Below are positions 42,833-61,650 of a stretch of DNA of 64,000 bases, in pieces. Every line of letters begins with the position of its first letter. Position 1 is the first letter of the stretch. A model generated the notes under the pieces. The model was not told where the DNA came from. It was given only the letters and a program-made list of their open reading frames with translations, and made no database searches. A program made the position numbers and the translations under genes. This DNA is from Piromyces finnis finn. Taxonomy: Eukaryota; Fungi; Neocallimastigomycota. The stretch spans positions 248,001 through 312,000 of the forward strand of contig MCFH01000021.1 in NCBI GenBank assembly GCA_002104945.1, in the 5' to 3' direction.

Positions 42833-44582
42833 ATGGCTAAGAACAATTCTGCTGCTAAAAAGGTCCCAAAGAAGACTGGACCAAATGAAAAGATTCCAGA
42901 ACCAAGTTACAACCATTTTGGTACTCTTAAGGCTATGCTTGTTGGTGTAGTCATTGGTACTTCTCTCATTTGTTTATTAATGAGTGGTTACTTAGACAAA
43001 TTCTTATATAAAAACACTGATATTAATATCGCCAACAGTGAATCCACTGCTACTCCATCTGTTACTAGCAAGATTCCAGTTAACCTTCCACCAAAGATTA
43101 CCGCTCAACCAAAGAACGTTCCAAAGTCAACTAATGTTAAGGGTCCAAATGAACCAGGATACAGAGTCTCTGGTGGTGAAACCTCTACTGGTGAAAAGGG
43201 ATGGATTAAGGAAGTCGTTACTCCAGGTAAGCATACTCTACATAAAAAAAATATAATTAAAATATATAAATAAAAAACAAACAAAATAATAATAATAATA
43301 ATAATAATAGATGAAAAGTAAATAAAAAAAAATGAATAGAAAAGTAGAAGTAATAATAAAATAGTAGTTGAAATAAATAAATAAAAATTAAAAATAAATA
43401 ATTCAATAGAGTGGTATTAGAAAAAATTAATAAATAGATTAAAAGTGCAAAAGAGTAATAAAGTAAAATACAGATTAAATTGATGATTCATTTTTCAGTA
43501 TTTAAATTGAAAAATATATATTAATAAAAAAATAATTATTCAGTAAATAAATATTTTACAATAATTAACATATCTATCTATATTTTTTAAAAAATATATA
43601 CATATATCAATAGGTGATGGAAAGTCTTTCCCAAAGAAGGTAAATAAAAATTTTCTTTGTCATATTTTAAAAAACTAAATAGTTTTACTAAAATTATGCA
43701 TTTATTATAATTATAAATAATAAATAGGGTGATGTTGTTGTTATGCACTGTATGTGATTTAGTATCCACTTAATAATTTTTTAAGATAATTAATTTAATA
43801 ATTATTATTTAATATAAACTTGTTAATATTTTTTATTTTAAATTATAATTTTTTATCATTGTAATAGACGTTGGTAAAGTAAGTATTTAAAATGAATTTA
43901 TAAGCGACGAAGATATATAATTTTAAAATGAATAGAAAAAATATTAATAATAATTATTTTAATTAATTTTAAATTGATTATTTATAGTTAGCTAATGGTA
44001 AGGTTTTCGATTCCTCCAGACAAAGAGGTCAACCATTCAGAACTGTCATTGGTGTTGGTCGTCTTATTAGAGGTAAGTTTAAAAAATATTTTTTAAAATA
44101 TATATATTTATATATATTTTTACTTATCACTAAGTGATATTTATTTTATCTCTATCTTTTTATTTTATAGGTTGGGATGAAGGTATTCCAACCATGAGTC
44201 TTGGTGAATCTGCTGTTTTAAGTATTACCCCAGAATACGGTAAATGAAAGATAATATTTAAATAAATACCAAAAAAAAAAAAAAAGAAGAGAAATAGAGA
44301 AATAAAAGAACAATGAAAAATTTTAAATATTTATAAATAAGAAATTTGAGTAAATATCTAATCAATCAAATGTACATATCCAAAAAAAAAAATAGGTTAT
44401 GGAGCTCGTGGTGCTGGTGCTAGTATTCCACCAAACGCTGATTTAATCTTTGAAGTAAGTTTCATTATATAAATAACAATATTTATATAATAATATTATA
44501 TTAAAATTAATGTTAATTTATTAACTTAATTTTTATTTATATTTTAAAGGTTGAACTTCTTGAAATTGTTCCAAAGAATTAG
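42833..44582 (+). CDS. FKBP-type peptidyl-prolyl isomerase (FKBP12-like domain) with N-terminal transmembrane anchor and Pro-rich linker (~232 aa, 8 exons)
   Basis: Exons 42833-43226, 43614-43639, 43728-43749, 43868-43878, 43988-44072, 44171-44239, 44396-44454, 44550-44582 splice in frame to ...[59 protein letters not shown]...[31 protein letters not shown]. Hydrophobic segment MLVGVVIGTSLICLLMSGYL near the N-terminus. Confidence 0.9.
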
Positions 44583-45902
44583 ATAATTAGTAGTAAAGGA
44601 AAGATAAAAATAATAAACAAAAGAATTAAAAAAAAAATCATGGATTTATTATTCATTAATGATTTTCAAATTGCAAATAAATAAAATATATAAAAAAATT
44701 AAAAATTAAAAAAAATTATTGTATAAATAATAGAAACAAGAAAAACATATTAATGTTAAAATAAACATATAATAAAAAAATAATAATAAATAAAATAATA
44801 TAAAATAAATAAAATATTATGAAAAGATTAAGGTGTTTTTATGTATAAATATTTAATAATTATATGAATAAATATCTAATATTATTAGCATAACTGAAAG
44901 ATAATATTATAAGTTTTGTTGGAATCCTACGTTTTTAATTATATGTATGACATTATTCCTTTTGTTATTTATCAGTTATAATAAACATTTACTCCTTTGT
45001 AGGCAAAGGAAAATAAAAAGTGATTTAAAATATTTTAAAACAATTTTCATTAAAATCCTTTTTTTTTTAAAAAAAAAAAAAAGATAAAATTAAAAATATA
45101 AAAACTAATAAAATATTCGTTTTTATTTTTGTATTCCTTTTATTATTATTATTTGATAACTTCAGTTAGAATGGATGTCACAATTTTTAAGAACAATAAT
45201 AAATAAGCAAGTGTTTTATTACTAAACATATTTTATAAATGTTTACAAAATTTTTAAAGGTGTATGATTCTTATCAAATATTCTTTGAGTAAATCTATTT
45301 GACTATATTCTTTCATTTCTATATAAAAATAAATAAATAAAAAATAACAAAACCTTTACTATAGTTAACCTAATCCTTAAAGTTAACTTTTTTATTATGA
45401 TAAAGATTTCTTGGAAAAAAATTTAATTTTAATTTCGCTATTTATTATTAAATTAAACTCATTATATATTAATATATTAAATTATATTGGTAAATTAATT
45501 ATCTTTTTTAATTAGCTAAATTAAAGAAAGAGTTAACAAAAGTAGAAATCTGTTCTGAAATTTACATTTCATATTATTATCGAAAAAAAAAAAAAAATAA
45601 ATTAAACATTAATAAAATTTAATAGGAATAAAGCAAAACAAAGCGAAACAAAAATTAGTATTCACAATTAAATAATCTTTTTAAATTTTAATTTAAAAAG
45701 ATTTAATAAGAGTTTATTTTTTTTTATATTTCATTTCAATTTCAATTAAAAATTAAAATTAAAATTAAAATTATAGCATTTTTAACAAAAAAAAAAAAAA
45801 AAAAAAAAAAAAAAGACTTTATTATAAAATAAATGATATTATAAATAGTTTTTTTTTATTCAGACATTTTAATATTTCTTTATTTAATATATTAAAAAAA
45901 AT

Positions 45903-50819
<4,917 letters not shown>

Positions 50820-51572
50820 TTTTTTATTTATTTATTTTATATATTAATGGAAAAGAAGTGAAATTAAAACAGTTATGTAGTTAATCATTATTACTTGTGA
50901 ATAGTAATACCTTTTTTAACAATTAATAATTATAAATCAGTATCATCAATTTATTATCATTATTATTATTATTATTATTTTTGACTCTATTCATTTATGC
51001 TGTTAAATATGTTGTTTATTTTGATAAAATAGTATACCGTTTTTTTTTTAATATAATATTTATCTATTTAAAAATTGCATAATTTATAAAGTATTATATA
51101 TAAAACTTTATTTCTAAATATCATATTTTATTTGTATAATTTAAAACTCTACTACTACTACTACTACTACTAATAATAATAATAATAATAATAAAAAGTA
51201 GAATTTATATAATTTAAATTTTTAATCCAAAACTTGTTACACAATTTACGTTTTTATACTTCAAATTAATAATATTAATGAAATATATATATATATATAA
51301 ACAAAAAAGGAAGCAATGATAATATAATACACACACATAAACATTTTTATCTTCATCTTAAAATAAAGATAATTTTTTAAGGGATCATAAATTTTATTTT
51401 TCAATAGAGTATAAATCTAATAAATTAAAATTTTATTTTCTATGTGATGGTTATTTATATGACAATTAAAAAATTAAATTATTTATATATAAATATATAG
51501 ATGATTAATAAATAAATAAATAAATAAATAAATAAATATATATATATATATATTTCATTTGGAATTATTTAA

Positions 51573-54500
51573 TTAATCAATCTCTTCTATGTCATCATCA
51601 TTGATTTCAAATAAATCAACTTTATCTTCTGAACTGTTATTATTTCCTGTATAATTATTACTTTCTCTATGATTATAGTATTTAATTTTGGAAGATCTAG
51701 TATTAAAATTTGAAAATAAATGATTATTATTACTATGTGTGTCATTGTTTGATGACAAAGTTAAATTTTCTGATAAAAATTTTATGTCTCTCTTTTGATT
51801 ATGACTATTTTCATTATCATCATCCATTTTATTCTCAATACTATCACCAATTTCATCATCCAGAGAATTACTATTCATAGTACCTGGCATTAATTGATAT
51901 CCATTTACTAAATTATTCCACCAGTTTTCATTATTTCTTGGATTGGTATAATTATTTACATAGTTTAAAAATTGCTTATCTATAGAGAATGTATATATAT
52001 TTATGATTATAATTAATATTACATTATTTTTAAAAATTATTTTTATATTTTATTATTTCTTTTAAAATAGATTACCACTATTTTTTATTTCTCGATTAAG
52101 AATATGATTTTGATTTGATATAATTTTGGATAGATATGGAAGAGTTTCGGTCATTAAATTTATTCTTGATGTATGCTCTTTTTTTTTTTTTTTTATACAC
52201 ATTTATTATATATTGTTATTTTTTTTTTTTATTAATTATTATTTAATTAAATTAAATATACAGATTATTATTTTATTTCTTATTACCAATTCTAATAGGT
52301 GCTTTAGATAGATTATTATTTGAAGTATCTGACCATTGAATTAAAATATCATTAAATTGTGCATTATTATTTTGAATAACTTTATTTATTGACCATTCTT
52401 CAGGTTTATATAATTTATTTATTCGTTTAGATCTAGGTATAGGATTAGTATGAGAATGAAGTAATCCATACATTGTAATGTATTGTGAATATAATGAAAA
52501 ATCTTTATTATTTCTCTTTAAAAATGTTAAACATTTATATATTTATTAGTTTTGGATGAAAAAAAAAAAAAAAAAACATTTATTTAATAATTATAAATAC
52601 TTACCCTCCATTTATTTTGCATCTGATCAGCTATATTTATATATTTAAAAGCATCATCCAATTCTTCAATTTCTTCAAAGAAACCGTGAATATTTTGTTC
52701 TAAGAAAAGTAATAAAATTGATGGATCGATTTGATTTTGACTTATTATTTCCTATTAAGAATACAAGTATAAAATAATATAGGTATAGGTGTATTTATAA
52801 ATAATTTTTGTGCTTATTTTTTCTTTTTCAAATTAAATTAATTATAGTAATTATAAACAGATATTTACATCTGGTTCATCTTCTAATCGTAATCTTTCCT
52901 GTTCTTTTAGATGTTCAGGAACAGTAAATTCAAAATTATATCTAAATGTTTCGGCATCATTTTTATATTTAATTTTCGCAATATTACTATTGTTAAATTG
53001 AGATAATCCTGTATTAGAAAGTAAAATAAAAGGATAAAATCATTTAGTATAAAATAATAATACTTAGTATAGATGTATAGAACTATCCAAATCTTAAGTA
53101 TTTTTACTTTTATTATATAGAATTTTTCCGATAATATGAAATAGGGATAAATGATGATTCATACTTGATATATTTGATAGTCTATAGTAATTCATTATAT
53201 AAAATTTTTAGTTATTTATTAAATCGGGGAATTATTGTATTTATATAATAAAATTATAAAAGTTATTTTTTTTTTTTTTATTTTTTTTTAATTCTTACAA
53301 ACTATAGGCTCCCTTTTTTCTAAATTTTGAATCTTTAATTGTTTTCATTTCTTTTAATATTAAAAATTTATCTTTATTTGTTAGAAATAATTTTGGATTA
53401 TCGTATAGATACAAAAACTGGAATGTATTTATTGCCGCACGAATATCACCATTTGTATGTAAACCAATTGCTCTTAAGATGGTATTATCTAATTGTTTAG
53501 ATGTTGGTAATGCTTTTGTGGATATATTATTTAAAGCTTTAGCAATAAATGTTTCAGCAATTGGGTTAAAACTAATTATTTATACGATAGATATTAATGT
53601 TATTATGAATTCTTATTCAAAAGTGATTAATATTGTCATTTTATATATTTTCCTACACAACTTACTTAATTATATGACAGATTTCTGAATCTAGTACAGA
53701 TGTGGGTATATAAGTTTTTATACTAAATTCTTGCTTTTTTAGAAAATCATCATCAATAGATAGGATTTCACTAATAATGAATACAAGGGAATAAGCTGAA
53801 TATGGGGAATTAAAATATGATTGTATTAACGAATGAAAAATTTTGCGTGTCTTTAAGTTAGAAAGAAGTGGAACATCTTCTAATAACATAACTTTATATT
53901 TATAATTTCTTATATTATTGGATGAGGAATTAGAAGAAAAAATATCTGACTGTGAAGAATAATTATCGACAATTGTTGAATTTGGTTTTGATCCGATTTC
54001 AAATTGAAGGGAAGGATATTTATTGGCTGACATAAAAAATTGTTTAAATTTTTCTGTTATAGTTGTATTTATATAATCATTCATATTTTTTTTATACATT
54101 GAATCATATTTTATATTTAAATTTTCGTCTGTTTTTTTTTTTTTTTTTTTTTTTTTTGTTATCATTATTAATAAAAGAATATATAATAATGTTAATATAT
54201 AACATAACAGATAAATAAATATATATCAAATTAAAAAAGTTAATATTACCTATTTCTGATATTTTTAATGTGTTAATAGGGTTTGTCCATTCTACAATTT
54301 CAATATCTAATTCTTCGGCTAAAACCTTTAATGTTGCGGTTTTTCCTGACCCTGATGGTCCATTTAATATTAATAAAGACGGCTTCTATTATATACATAT
54401 TAAATAAGCAATAATATAAGTATTTTAAAAAAAGTTTTTATTATGAAATCTATATATTTATATTCATATATTCATAATTTTAAACGTACTTTTCTTCTAT

Positions 54501-55375
54501 TATTAACAATATTAAACATAAGCCATCGCCTCACTTCTTCTATTTTATTTTTATGAACTGCTAATTCACTCTATTTATTTAATATTTGTGGTAATTAGTT
54601 ATTTTTTTTTTTTTTTCATAATTTTTAATTATTAAAAGAAAAGAACAAATTTTTACATACTGAATTATGCGGTATAAATTTATCAATCCATAATTGTGAT
54701 TCTACTTCTTCAGCTTTTTTTTTTTTTTTTTTTTTTTTAAATATATATGTATAGAATTAAAATTTAAATTATTAATAGATGAATTTTACTTTTTTCATGA
54801 TATATAATTTAAATGATATATTACTTGATTTCTCTGTTAAATTATTGTTTACTTTATTTTGTGAATTATTAAAATACCAATTAATTGAATTCTTTATAGA
54901 AATTTCAAAATAAAGCATTGTTAAATTATTATTAATATTAATTATTTTGGGTATTTAATATATATATATATACTTGAACATTAGATAATTTATATTCTTT
55001 TCTTTTTTTCTTTGGAATATTTATTTCCTTATCAATTGAAAATTTCATATTTTTTCTTTTTAAAACTTTTTCATTTAAATTTTTAAATTCAAGATCTTGA
55101 GTAAGAGGTAGAGAAGAAAAAATATCATCGCTTAATTCGTCGTCGTCACTTTCATATGTAAATGAATTTGAGCTTTTTGAGTTCAATTTTCTTTTTTTAG
55201 TTAATTTCTTTGATACCAAATTATTGGATAATGTTAATTCTTTTGAATTATCTTCATCATCTGATAATGTTAAGTCAATAAAAGAATCATTTTTTTGATT
55301 TTTCGTTTTATTTTTTTTATCTGAAGAATTTTGAAATGAACATGAATCAAAGAACAAAGATTTTTTTCTATTCAT
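51573..55375 (-). CDS. RAD17: Checkpoint clamp-loader subunit Rad17 (yeast Rad24), multi-exon
   Basis: LWIDKFIP..SELAVHKNKIEEVRRWL, Walker A LILNGPSGSGKTATLKVLAEEL, EWTNP, Walker B LLEDVP, FNPIAETFIAKAL, GDIRAAINTFQF, LSLFHIIGKILYNK. Junctions near 54.7-55.0 kb were not fully resolved. Confidence 0.92.
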
Positions 55376-56644
55376 TTTGAGAATTAATAATTATTTCTTA
55401 TTTTTACATTAAAATATGAATATTTATAGATGAAATTTAGGAATTCAATTTATATGAATAATTTATTATTATGTACTCATTAATTTAAATGCACTTTTTT
55501 TTATAATGAATTATTTATTTAATTATTTATATGTGTAATAAATGAATATATATATTTTAACGATTTATATTATTAAGAAAATATTCTTGTCAAATGAAAA
55601 ATGAATAATAAAATTAAATTTCTACTTATTAAATATCTTTAATAAATGATAATAGTTTGTTGGACTGAATGAATTTTAATATTTGATATATTTCCTTAAT
55701 TATTGTAATATTTTGTAATTTGATTATAAACTTGAATTAATATTGCTTGTTATATATTTAAAGAATAATAAAGCCTTTTTTTTTTGTTAATTTGAATACA
55801 CCAATTTAAACAGTTACTTTAATGAAAATTACACAATTAATATTAATTCATCAAACCAGAGTTTTCATAAATTACAAAAAAAAAAAAAAGCCTTTACATA
55901 AAAAAAAAAAAACCCACTTAGAATATATAAGATATTCTTTAAAATTAAAATTCTAGTATTAAAGTGTAACAATTTTTTAATATTTTCTAATTTCTTTATT
56001 TTTATAAAATATCATTATTATTAATTTTATAATTAAATGAATGACAATAGGTAATTTTTATTTTTAGTAATATTTATAATTAATTGAATTGTTTTTCAAA
56101 TTAACAAATCTTTTTAAACTCAAGAAGAAAATAATTAGTGACTGTTAAAATGCTTATAAATCTAATTTGAATAATAGAAATATCTAAAATCTCAAACTTT
56201 ATTTATAGTTAATTAATTAAACAAATTTAATTAAAACCAAGGTAAATAAAAATAATTATGTCTTTTATTAAGCAAAAAATTCATTTATTAGTAGCATAAT
56301 TTTATGTAAAAACTAGATAAAATAAATTAATATTTATAATAATAGACAATGAAACGTGACATTATTAATTAATTAAAATTTCAAATTTATGGTAAAGTGC
56401 AAAGTTAAAATATCATGAAAATTTAATATAAAATTATAAAGTGATATACTTTTTTCATTAATATTTTCTTTTGTTATTAGTAATTTATATATATATTTAT
56501 AACCTTTTCTGTAAAGATACCATTAATATTATTAACATAATTTGATATCAAATAGTAAAGAAAAGAATATATTTCTGTGTTTTATACAATATTCAAAATA
56601 CAATTAAATTTTGATTTTTATACAATCTAAATAATTTTAAAATA

Positions 56645-59600
56645 ATGGTTGCTAATTCAACAATCAATATAACGGAGGCCTATGATTCATTATCACAGGT
56701 ATAAAAACTTGATAATATATTTAACAATGAGATTCTATTCTATTTAATACTAAGTATATATGCATGTATATATGCATTCAATGAAGTGGTAATTAATTTA
56801 AAAAAATATTTTATTTTTTTTTCTCTTTCTATTAATATCATAATGTTCATTAAAATTTTAAACAAAAAAGGCATGTTTCATATTATGGCCCACAGATAAA
56901 AAGAAACATAATGGTATATAGATTATATAAATATAAATATAAATATAGATATAAATATAAACATAAATAAAATATATCTTTTTAATTGAATTGGTTTTAC
57001 ATAAGATAAAACTATTAACACCATTAATATTAATATTATTGATATAAATTTAAAAATATAAGTAATAAATATTAAAATCATTAATTTAATTATATTTTAT
57101 ATATTTTTTTTGTTGTAATTTTCAATAATTGAAATTATTATTAACATTGGTAATTAATTCGAAAATTTAATATATATAATAAAGATTATACGAAAAATGA
57201 TGGTTTTCAATCTTTAATGGATAAAACCGAAACTGAAGATTTTATAAATCAAAGACATGATAAATATTATAAAATATGGAATAATATTAAAACAAAAATT
57301 GATGTATGAAAAATACTTATTATTATTTGTAATATATAATTATTATATATTTAAATGATGAAGTATTAAATGTTTGTCATTTCTTTATTTCTTATATAGA
57401 AATTAATGTTTGATTTAAATTTATCTGCTACAAATGGAATTTTTAATTTTGTATCAAGTAAATTAAATAATACTGATAATGCTGATTCAATGTAAAGATT
57501 TTTAAAAAATTATAAATAATTTATATATTAAAGAATCTGTTTATCAATATATATATTTTTTAAATAATAAGAAATAAAGATATTCAATTACCATTTAAAG
57601 AAATTCCAACAGGATTAATTTTTTCAGGTATATAAAAAGATAATAATTATGAATGAATATAAATAATTTCATAAATAAATTAAATTTAATTATCATTTAA
57701 TTCAAATTTTAAATGAAATTTAATTTATATGATGTATCTAAATTCTTCGAAAAATTACTTGTAATTAAAATTATTATAAAAGGGATAAATCCAGATGATA
57801 AAAGAATGTATAAACAAATTGTTTCAAAAATAAAAACAGTACCAACAAATCATGTTGCTGTTTTAGAATCAAAAGATTGTATAAATTTAAAGAACACCAT
57901 GAAAATTATTATTGAACAACTTATGGAAACAAATTTGAATGAAGAAAATGTAATTAAAATATACTTATAAATAATAATAAATTGTGTATATAATAATAAA
58001 AATATTATCCTGGAAAAATAAAAATAATATAATATACTAGGAAAACATTATTGATGCAACTGAATTTTATAAAAAAAGTAAAATAAAGAAGAGCAATAAA
58101 GCACCAAATTATGATCCGTATATTTTATTAGGTTGGTATAAACATCTTGAAGGGGTATCCAAAATTAATAATAACACTACATCACCTGTTGTAATTGAAG
58201 ATGAAACCAAAGAAAAAGAAAATAATAATAATGATAATAATAATAATAGTACTAATCAGAGTAAAGCAAAACATAAACTTATTTTATTTATTGAAGATTT
58301 TGAATGCTTTGATGTTTTATTACTTCAAGATTTAATTTCAATTTTTAGGTAAAAACAAAATTTAAATTATATATAGAAAAAAATTCATTTTTTTTTATTT
58401 AATTATTATAATAAAAATCATTATACATAAATTTCATTAATTATAATATTCTTATTTTTATAAATTTCAAAATTTTATTATATTAGTGGTTATAGTGAAG
58501 AGCTTCCAATTATATTGTTAATCGGCATAGCTACATCATTAGAAACATTCCATCAATCATTACCAATATCTTCTTTGTCATTATTACAAATTGAAAAATT
58601 TAAATTATTACAATCTTATGAATGTATTAATGAAATTATTCAAAAAGTATTTATTGAAACAATCGATGATTTTAAACTTGGTGTAAAACCATATCAATAT
58701 TTATTAGATAATTTTAATTTTTTAAATCTATCAGTCGATTCATTTATTAGAGGATTGAAAGTAATAATTATATTAAATATATTAAATATATAAAATTTAT
58801 ATTTAGCTAATGTTTTAAAAACTATATTTTTTACTAAAATATTCATTTAAAGTTTTCAGTAATGTATCATTTTTATTCAAACCCACTAAGTATATTATCA
58901 TCAATTGATCCTACTTCATCAGAAATGGATCGTATTTTTAGCAGTTTAACAAAGAGACATTTAGATGAAGCTAAAGTTTTGACTTTTCCATCTTTTAAAT
59001 TGTAATACAAACTTGAAATATCATTAAAATTATAATTTATTTATTTTGAAAATTATTATATCTAAATATTTTTTACATTTAAATTTTTAATTTTTGAATA
59101 TATTCATTTTTAGTTATATAAATTCTATAAAATCAACATCTCCAAAGCTTGTATATGAATTATTAACCGATGATAAAGTATTAAAGGATTCAATTAGGGA
59201 AGGTCTTATTAATTTACATAACTATCATATAAAATTTAGAGTGGGTTTTGAATGTTTACTTGAGCTTCAAAAATTATATCAATCACCTTTGTTTAAAAAA
59301 TCAAAAAGAGCATTATATTTATTGAGTTTACAAGAATCTTTATACGATTCAGCTCATGTTCAATTATTAATTAAGCGTTCCAAGTAAGATTTAATTTATT
59401 ATTAATATAAATATTTTAATTAATAGTAATAATAGTATTGATGTTTTATATAATTTTTTTTTTATTTTCATTTGAAATAATTTTATCTATTTTAGAGTAA
59501 TTACTTATCCTATAATCAAGAAATTTTTGGAAACAATTAAATTGAATATTGAAAAAGATGAATTTGCAAAAAAATTATTGGAAAATTTCGTAACTATTTT

Positions 59601-60980
59601 AAACGATATTTTATTAAAGTTTGAAAAGTTTGATGAAAATGGAAATGAGATTAAAGAAGAAGAAAAAAAGGAAAGAATAAAAAAAAGAGGAAAACAAATT
59701 AAAACTGAAGAAGTTGAAACAAAAGTTAAAAAAGAAGAAATTGATGATGATAATAGTTACAATGATACCCTTTATAAACGTGAAAAAGTAGATTCAAGTA
59801 AAGAAAATAAATTGAAAAATGTTGAAGAAGAAAAAATTAATGATGCTATTATCATTAATGAAAATGGTAAAAGACCTCAAAAGACTATTTATGACAATGT
59901 ATTACTAAGTTATTCAAATAGTAATGGTACTTCTACAACTCAAAGAGAAACAAATATTTCAAAACGTTTAAGAGCCGAAGAATTACGAGGATATGAAACT
60001 ATGGTTGATGAAGTTAATCAATTTATAAATAAATTTTTCAAGTTAGTATTTATTTAATTATATTTTTATATTATATGAAAATTAAACACCATTTAGAGTT
60101 TTTCTAATATTTTATTATTATTTTAAATTTTTAGGGATACATTGAGATGTTACAAAGAATTTCCATATTATGAAATTATTTATTATACAGAAAGTTCAAA
60201 ATTAAAAAAGGTATTTTAAGATAGATAATAAATAATTTTTAATATCTATATCATATTTTTTTTGTTATAATACAATTATTAATAAAATTATTAAAATAAA
60301 ATAGAGTTTTTCTGCACAACCTAGAAGTGTTATTCATACTGCGTTAAATTACCCAAATCATTATCTTAATTGCGATTGCTGTAGTGATAATGATAATATA
60401 ATTGAATCATCACTTCATGATACATGTATTGCCTACAAACTTTACTTGGAATGTGGTAAATTAATTAATTTATATGATTGGTTTGTAGCATTTGGTAACA
60501 TCTTAAAAGATAAAATAGATAAATCAAAGAAAAAAGAAAAAGAGCAAAATAAAAGAATAAAACAAAAACAAAAACAGGAAGCGGAAGAAATAGCAAAGAG
60601 TAAAGAAAAAGAAATAAAAAAAAAAGATGATATAATTGTGCTTGACTCAGATAATGAAATTGAAAATGTAATTTTAATTAATGAAAATAAAGAAAAAGGT
60701 AAATTTGAAGAACATCATTCTTCTGATGAAGATAATGAAGAAAAAGAAGAAGAAGAAGAAGAATTCAATGAAAAAGAAATACAGTAAGTTTAAAGATTTA
60801 AAAATACAAATATTATTAAAATAAAAAAAATAAACAAATTTATAATATTTTATATTGTTTTTATAATATTAAAGGGCAAGATTTATTAGAGCTATATCAG
60901 AATTACAATATTTTGGATTTATTAAATCAACTAATAGAAAGGTTGACCATGTAGTTAAATTAACATGGGGATCAGATTAA
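56645..60980 (+). CDS. ORC3: Origin recognition complex subunit 3, multi-exon
   Basis: N-terminal [103 protein letters not shown], and [31 protein letters not shown] ending at TAA 60978-60980. Confidence 0.93.
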
Positions 60981-61440
60981 GGGAATGTCATGTTTAATAA
61001 TTAGGATTTTTTTTTTTTTTTTTTAAAAAAAAAATGTAATACCAAATTAAATAATTTAATTTATATTTATATATAATATAATGATCTCTTGTAAAATATT
61101 ATCTATTTATTTTTTATTTAATTTTTATATAATTTATTTGAAAAATCTCATATTTTTGATAGATTTCTACATATATATTTTTTGTTATTATTTTCTTATT
61201 GCACAATATTGTAGAAATGAATTTAACAAATTCATATATATATAAAATAAAGACAAATGTTAATTCTTAATACATATATATATTAAAAAAGAATTAATTA
61301 TATATTTATATAATAGATTTTTATATTATTAATATAATAGATATAAAAATAAATAATAATAACAAATAATAATAATAATTGTTATTATTATTAAGTAACA
61401 AACAATTAAGAAGATTATTAAAAAAAATATAATAAGAAAA

Positions 61441-61594
<154 letters not shown>

Positions 61595-61650
61595 TTTATA
61601 TAAAGTGTTTTAATTATTGAATTGTTGTAGTTATGAAATTATTTATTTTT

